Shown here: in pieces, positions 58,569 through 64,000 of the stretch
Numbering within the stretch: position 1 is the first letter of the stretch
Layout of the letters: each line of letters opens with the position of its first letter
Assembly (NCBI GenBank): GCA_965218585.1
Contig: CBDCLE010000002.1
Location: forward strand, 448,001-512,000
Reading direction: 5' to 3'
DNA: 64,000 nucleotides
Source: Terriglobia bacterium
GTDB taxonomy: Bacteria > Acidobacteriota > Terriglobia > 20CM-2-55-15
Notes under the pieces: model-generated
Told to the model about the DNA's origin: nothing
The model's database searches: none
The model's input: only the letters and a program-made list of their open reading frames with translations
Translations under genes and position numbers: made by a program

Positions 58569-59383
58569 TTCGAGTTGGACGTCCGGACCGGCGAACTCAA
58601 GAAGCAAGGTTCCCGAATTCGGCTACAGGATCAGCCGACGAAGTTGCTCGTCTTGCTGGCGAGCCGTTCGGGGGAATTGGTTACCCGTGAAGACATTCAG
58701 AAGGTGCTGTGGGCCGACAGCCAGTTTGTTGAGTTTGACGACGCAATCAATACTGCGATAAAGAAAATCCGGGAGGCGTTAGGAGACGGCCTCACGAACC
58801 AGCGTATTATCGAGACACTTCCGCGAAAAGGTTATCGGTTTCTTCTTCCCGTAGAGGCGATTCCTGCTAAAGGTCAGTCGCCGGTCGGCTATGGCAACGA
58901 CTCTTCCAACACTGATCCTGAAAACTCATTCCCTGATGCGAACCGAACGGGGGAGGAAGCCGAAACGGGATTTGCCCTGCCGAGGGGTCCCGCCCGGAGT
59001 GTGTTCTTGATGATCCAGGTAAGATACCTGGCGATGTACTGCACGACTCTGTATTACGCCGACGCTGTGGAGTCTGTGTTGAGAGGATTTGAAGCCATCC
59101 CAGTTGTGGTGACCTTGCCGGCGGTCATCGTTACTGCGATGTGCGGCATTGCGGTGCGGTTGTATCTGGTTTCTTCCGTTGGCTTTGCGCATCCGGCGGC
59201 GGGACAGAAGTTTCAGAAATTATTCCCGGGCTCGTTCTGCTGGATGGGCTGTGGGCTGCATCGCCTCTCTTGATATCCAGCCAGATTGGTGTCGGTGTCT
59301 CGCTGGCGGGCGCGGCCGGGCTCGCTTACGCCCCGTTCTCCCAACGGACTCTTGTCCAAAGCGTTTACCGCCCCGACGTCTAA
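58569..59383 (+). pseudogene. CadC/OmpR-type wHTH membrane-anchored regulator, frameshifted and probably 5'-truncated
   Basis: FELDVRTGELKKQG.RIRLQDQP...IETLPRKGYRF; frameshift at TTCCCGGGCTC near 59225-59232 before LVLLDGLWAASPLL; in-frame TAG at 58554 and only a TTG start available. Confidence 0.75.
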
Positions 59384-59438
59384 AGGTTTACAAAACCCTG
59401 CTTCTCCCATATAAGACTGACAAGCCCCGGTGACGCTC

Positions 59439-60947
59439 ATGGAAACGACATCGCACGACCTGTACGATGGTCCCCAGCGAGCCAATCGGAGAGCGTTTCT
59501 GCTTCTCCGCTGGCTGATCATTATTCTTGCCGGTTACCTCACGCTGTTCGAGAACATCGAAGACTCTGGGGTCGTAGGACTTTTTCTGATTGTCGTGGCC
59601 TTTGTCCTGTCGAACGTCCTGATAGGCTTGGCGCCGATAGACATAGTGATGGCGGCCAAGAGGCGGCACATCGTAGCAGCCGCCGACGCTGTATTCATCT
59701 GTACGTTTCTCTACTACTTGCGTGTGGATCAGGCTCAAATCCACATCCCGTTTATGGGGATTGTGGTGCTTGCGATTATCTGGCCCGATTTGCGGGTCGT
59801 GCTGTTTGCGATGTTCGTGGTCAGCCTTCTGTTCGGACTGTTCACCAACTTTGAACTGTTCGGTGCAACGATCGAGATCGCAAGAGACGACTTCCTCACG
59901 CTATCGCTCCTTTTCATAGTTGCGATTTTCTATATCTTCATGGTCGAGCGATTCGACCGGGATACTGAAACGTCGATCGCATTGCTTCGTGAGAAACGCA
60001 ACTCCGAAAAAGCGACTGAGATCACACGACAGATTTCTGCTTCGCTGAAGGCGAAGGAAATCCTGGCAGTCCTGATCAAGAGGTTCAGAGAATTGATGCC
60101 GGACGTGGATTGCTCGATCGTTCGAGCCGAGGCAGATCGAAACGAGGCCAAGGTCATTGCGGGTTCACGTCCAGATAGTTCGCCGGACATGATTCTGGAC
60201 GAGATCCCCACGCTTGGGGAGGCGTTCACGCTCAAGGAAACCAGTTCCACAACGATCAAACGGGACGGCGGGAAGGTAACTACGATGGCCGTGCCTATGA
60301 TCAGTCGAGGGGAGGTGGTGGCAGCGCTCTACTTCGAGCATGAGTCCAACCCGACAAACCCCTTGGAGGAGAATCGAGGTTTCATCGAAGTTATCGCCAG
60401 TGCTGCAGCGAGTTCGCTCTCTAACGCCGAGCAGTTCGAATCGTTGAAGGAGCTGGCGACGAGCGAATCGGCAACAAAGTTGGCGAACCACGGGACGTTC
60501 CAGACCCGGCTTGTGCGCGAGGTTGAAACGGCTTTGCGGCACAACCGGGCGGTCTCGCTTTTGATGGTCGATCTGGATTGGCTGAAGAAGATTAACGAGA
60601 AGCACGGCTACCCTGTTGGCGACAACGTGATCGGAGCGGTTGCCGAAGCCATCCGAACCGCGTGCCGCGAAAGAGATTTCGCGGCACGCTACGGTGGAGA
60701 GGAATTCACCGTCATTCTTCCGGAAACCGACCTTAAGGCAGCTGTGCCGTTCGCCGAGGGACTCCGCCAGCGAGTCGAGGCGATCGATCGGTTTGATACC
60801 GGGGTAACCGTGTCGATTGGGGTCGCCAGTTGTCCCGTCGATGCCGTAAACGCACAGGAATTGATTCTTGCTGCGGACAATGCCTTGTATCTTGCCAAGG
60901 GACTGGGGCGCAACCGTGTTTCCCCCTCTCCGGACGATCTGGCATAA
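59439..60947 (+). CDS. Membrane diguanylate cyclase (TM-GAF-like-GGDEF)
   Basis: About 6 TM segments, LLMVDLDWLKKINEKHGYPVGD, RERD I-site, ARYGGEEF, ADNALYLAK..GRN. Confidence 0.92.
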   Translation: METTSHDLYDGPQRANRRAFLLLRWLIIILAGYLTLFENIEDSGVVGLFLIVVAFVLSNVLIGLAPIDIVMAAKRRHIVAAADAVFICTFLYYLRVDQAQIHIPFMGIVVLAIIWPDLRVVLFAMFVVSLLFGLFTNFELFGATIEIARDDFLTLSLLFIVAIFYIFMVERFDRDTETSIALLREKRNSEKATEITRQISASLKAKEILAVLIKRFRELMPDVDCSIVRAEADRNEAKVIAGSRPDSSPDMILDEIPTLGEAFTLKETSSTTIKRDGGKVTTMAVPMISRGEVVAALYFEHESNPTNPLEENRGFIEVIASAAASSLSNAEQFESLKELATSESATKLANHGTFQTRLVREVETALRHNRAVSLLMVDLDWLKKINEKHGYPVGDNVIGAVAEAIRTACRERDFAARYGGEEFTVILPETDLKAAVPFAEGLRQRVEAIDRFDTGVTVSIGVASCPVDAVNAQELILAADNALYLAKGLGRNRVSPSPDDLA

Positions 60948-61008
60948 TCTTCCAAACCACATCTGAGGCGACAGCCGCCAACTAACCTTTGATAAATGGA
61001 GAGAGCCC

Positions 61009-61299
61009 ATGGCGACCTATGTGAGTCTGTTCAACTTCACTGACGAGGGAATCCAGACAATCCAGGACACAACGCAACGCTTTCGAGGGTCGCAGGAAAT
61101 CTGCGAGCAACTCGGTGTGACGATAAAGGATCTTTACTACACCAATGGGCAGTACGACGGAATTGCGATCTTGGAGGGGGATGAGGAAAGTGTCAGCGCG
61201 GCTGCTCTGGCTATCGGTGCGCTAGGCAAGACGCGAACCGTCACGACTCGCGCCTACAATGTCGAGGAGATGAAGAAGATCACGTCGAAAATGCCGTGA
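61009..61299 (+). CDS. GYD domain protein
   Basis: MATYVSLFNFTDEGI, YYTNGQYD, G..RTVTTRA. Confidence 0.88.
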   Translation: MATYVSLFNFTDEGIQTIQDTTQRFRGSQEICEQLGVTIKDLYYTNGQYDGIAILEGDEESVSAAALAIGALGKTRTVTTRAYNVEEMKKITSKMP

Positions 61300-61324
61300 C
61301 TTTGTCGTGTGTCGTAGTTCGTCT

Positions 61325-62215
61325 ATGAAATTCGGAGTAACATTTCCCCAAACACGGATAGGAACCGATCCGATTGCTGTCCGAGACTTTGCCCAAGCCG
61401 CCGAAGGCGCTGGCTTCGATTTCATCGTCGCATTCGACCATGTCACCGGTGCACATCCCGACCGGTTTGTCGGCCGTGACGTCGGATTTCCCTCACCACC
61501 ATACCTGTACGACAGTCAGATTCACGAACCGCTCACGCTTTTTGCCTATCTCGCGGCGGTGACCCGACGAATCGAACTGATGACCAGCATCTTAATTCTG
61601 CCCCAGCGCCAGACTGCCCTGGTTGCCAAGCAGGCCGCCGAAGTAGACCTCCTATCGGGCCAACGACTGCGGCTGGGTGTGGGCGTGGGCTGGAACTTCA
61701 CCGAATACGAGGCGCTGGGCGAAGATTTCCGGACTCGTGGCGCACGTCAGGAAGAGCAGATCACTGTACTTCGAAAGCTCTGGGCCGAGGATCTGGTGAC
61801 CTTTCACGGTCGATTTCATAATTTCGATCAAGTCGGTATTGCTCCTCGACCGACGCGACAGATTCCCATCTGGATCGGCGGCGGATTTCGTGAACCCCTC
61901 GTGAAGCGGGTAGCGCGATTTGCGGATGGCTGGATACCGCTCCTGTTTCCGGGGGACGATGCCGAGCCCGTGATTGACCGGCTGCGGTATCACCTGGAAC
62001 AGGAGGGACGCGACATAGCTTCGTTTGGTCTGCAGGCACAAGTCTCGACACCGCCGGGACAAGAGACCGACTGGGTGAGGGACGCGAAACGCCTCCGGAC
62101 GCTCGGCTTCACGCATCTCGGTTTCGGAACTCTCACCCGGGGTTTCACCCCAATGGAGAATCTCGATCGGGCGACTGGGGCGAAGAAACTGATCGCTGCG
62201 GCTCTTCAAGACTAA
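61325..62215 (+). CDS. LLM class, probable F420-dependent oxidoreductase
   Basis: MKFGVTFPQ..IG.DP, FDHV.G, HEPLTLFAYLAA, ILPQRQTALVAKQAAEVD.LSG.RLRLGVGVGWN. Confidence 0.88.
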   Translation: MKFGVTFPQTRIGTDPIAVRDFAQAAEGAGFDFIVAFDHVTGAHPDRFVGRDVGFPSPPYLYDSQIHEPLTLFAYLAAVTRRIELMTSILILPQRQTALVAKQAAEVDLLSGQRLRLGVGVGWNFTEYEALGEDFRTRGARQEEQITVLRKLWAEDLVTFHGRFHNFDQVGIAPRPTRQIPIWIGGGFREPLVKRVARFADGWIPLLFPGDDAEPVIDRLRYHLEQEGRDIASFGLQAQVSTPPGQETDWVRDAKRLRTLGFTHLGFGTLTRGFTPMENLDRATGAKKLIAAALQD

Positions 62216-62433
62216 ACGAGAAGCCGCGCGCCGCAGCGTTTTGCACCGACCTTCGTACGGCTCAGACCCCACGTCTCCTTCACATGTCCCGGCCGCCCTG
62301 AAAGCCTGACCTCGAAAATCAGGGCACCGTACTCGTTCCCTCAGTTCTTTAAACCAGTTCGAGTCAAGCGGTCATTATTTGTTGCCAGACCGCACGTTGG
62401 TAGTCACAACGGCGACTTATTGGGAATCGACCT

Positions 62434-63228
62434 CTACTTCGCCAACTTTTCAATGAGCGCGAGCAATTGATCGCGTTCTTCCGTGACGTTCTGGCCCAGA
62501 CGCGACACCGCGATCGGAAGTATCCACGGTTGGACGTCCCCCGGGTTCAAGCGACGCATCCTCCGATATTGTCTGGTATAAGAGCCGTGAAAAAGCCCGC
62601 GTCCAATGTGCATCATGATCCGTGTCCACAGAGAGAAGCTGGGGGGTGGGGCGCCCAACTGAATGATCAACGAAGTGCGGGCGAAGTCGGCCACGGGATT
62701 CCCAGCACAAGCGGTGGTCCAGTCAATAATTGTGGCGGTGGCACCGTTGACGAGGACATTGTCAGGATGAAAGTCGCCGTGGCAGACCCAGGCCCCTTCG
62801 GGCAGTTTGCGCAGTCGGGCCAGGGCTGTGTTTCGTCGGGCGGCGGGCAACTCGGCCCGTGCAATCAAGTGCTCGAGTTGTTCGTGCTGCGAAGGTAGCT
62901 GGTCGACACGGAACTCGTGGATCGAGGCGTGAAGCTCGGCCAGCATGCGCCCAAACGCAAACAGCTTCCAGGGTTTGGCGCTCAACTGCCCCACCATCGA
63001 CGTTCCAGAGACGCGATCGTAGGTGATGCCGTGCCTGCCCTCGACCTCAACAACGCCGTGAGTACCGGGTGTCGGGACCCCGAACTCGTGCACAGCCTGA
63101 CTGGCGCGAGCCTCGGCCTCGATGATTGCGACGTCGTACTCGGGGGCAAACAGCTTGAGCACCTTTGTGTCGCCCCACGCAAACACTTCGGCCTGACGGC
63201 CCTGGCCGATCAACTGCAGATCGCCCAT
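62434..63228 (-). CDS. Aminoglycoside phosphotransferase-like kinase
   Basis: IGQGRQAEVF, VLKLF, CHGDFHPDNV, IIDW. Confidence 0.88.
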   Translation of the reverse strand: MGDLQLIGQGRQAEVFAWGDTKVLKLFAPEYDVAIIEAEARASQAVHEFGVPTPGTHGVVEVEGRHGITYDRVSGTSMVGQLSAKPWKLFAFGRMLAELHASIHEFRVDQLPSQHEQLEHLIARAELPAARRNTALARLRKLPEGAWVCHGDFHPDNVLVNGATATIIDWTTACAGNPVADFARTSLIIQLGAPPPSFSLWTRIMMHIGRGLFHGSYTRQYRRMRRLNPGDVQPWILPIAVSRLGQNVTEERDQLLALIEKLAK

Positions 63229-63265
63229 GCGATGAACTTCTTTTTCAGGTCGGTGCACTCGACGC

Positions 63266-63739
63266 TCACATTGGCGAAGGAGCGTGCCCTCGGGCTGACC
63301 CCTCCAACAGCTCTCTCAGTCGATCAAGATCTCCCTGGGCTCTCTTACGAAAGGATCGGACTACCAGAGGCGCAAGTAAAGACAGAACGCCGGTTAGGTT
63401 CGCCATGGCCTCGTAGGTAACCAGTGTGCCGGACCTCTGGGGCTCCACCCGTCGCACACCTTCCGCCTGAAGAGGCCCGGCCACTGAACGGAAGGAAACA
63501 CTTCGGCCTGGATCCACGGAGACGATCTCCGCCTCGACGCGAATGGCGCGACCAAAGAAACGCATGACCTCGTGTGTGTGCATGCCTACATGCACGGGTC
63601 CAGGAGGGTCGTGGCGCATCGAGGTCACTCCAGCCCGCCAGTTGGGATCGTTCTCGTAGTCCGCTACAAAGTCGAAGATGCCCTCTGCCGGCTGGGCGAT
63701 GATCGTACTGACCTTAACCTCGACTCGCTTCGGAATCAT
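63266..63739 (-). CDS. SRPBCC family protein
   Basis: IFDFVADYENDPNWRAGV, C-terminal helix DLDRLRELLE. Confidence 0.88.
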   Translation of the reverse strand: MIPKRVEVKVSTIIAQPAEGIFDFVADYENDPNWRAGVTSMRHDPPGPVHVGMHTHEVMRFFGRAIRVEAEIVSVDPGRSVSFRSVAGPLQAEGVRRVEPQRSGTLVTYEAMANLTGVLSLLAPLVVRSFRKRAQGDLDRLRELLEGSARGHAPSPM

Positions 63740-63870
63740 CGTAGTCCTGACTCAGACGTCGAAGGGGAGCGGAGCAAGGCAACTTCCTGCGTCGATTTAG
63801 CTGGTTATGGTCCATCATCCTGAATCAGAGCCCGGCTTCATGGTTTTGTTAGCCTGCCCATCGAACAGGG

Positions 63871-63999
63871 CTATTTCTTGGTTATGACCAAAACGATCAG
63901 CGCACCGAGCAGGACGGACACGGTTCCTACCAATCCCACGAGCGTACTGGCATCTTCTGGGCGCTGAATAAAATACTGCCGGAACAGCGTATACGGAAC
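63871..63999 (-). CDS. 3' end of a probable membrane protein (runs off window)
   Basis: Open frame VPYTLFRQY...LVGLVGTVSVLLGALIVLVITKK* with a hydrophobic helix; not in the ORF track. Confidence 0.55.
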   Translation of the reverse strand, partial: VPYTLFRQYFIQRPEDASTLVGLVGTVSVLLGALIVLVITKK

Positions 64000-64000
64000 A

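Noticed and set aside
62400-62430. dif/Xer-like site (TTCCCAATAA-N6-GTTGTG on the minus strand)
   Set aside because: XerD arm does not match TTATGTTAAAT; a similar CCCAATAAG near 54751 has different spacing

Overview
A GC-rich bacterial chromosomal window (roughly 58-60% GC by eye). Gene content suggests an Acidobacteriota-like environmental organism, which is an inference. It starts with the 5' end of xth, a GNAT gene and bioB-F-D-A, then a yybP-ykoY (Mn2+) riboswitch with terminator ahead of a TerC/Alx gene. A long accessory/catabolic stretch follows: hybrid kinase, hydrolases, IorAB-like molybdoenzyme, VOC dioxygenase, acyl-CoA synthetase, a membrane protein/wHTH/uppS/yjbQ cluster, a PrpD-SLC13 operon, mddA, a MetE-like/Gfo/EboE operon, ALDH, PQQ dehydrogenase, M16 protease, a GGDEF protein and an F420-type LLM. 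There are two IS elements (IS5-type and IS701-type), four point-lesioned genes and three families of intergenic palindromic repeats. The best candidate for an uncharacterised system is an exported two-part module present three times: a small DUF6152-like protein with a predicted mature His-His N-terminus plus NPH motif, and a Cys-pair-containing partner domain. It occurs as an operon, as a divergent pair and as a single fusion gene split by the IS701. A second candidate is a uppS regulon whose operator-like palindrome recurs inside the uppS coding sequence. No rRNA, tRNA or CRISPR array was recognised. All family calls come from motif recognition without database searches.
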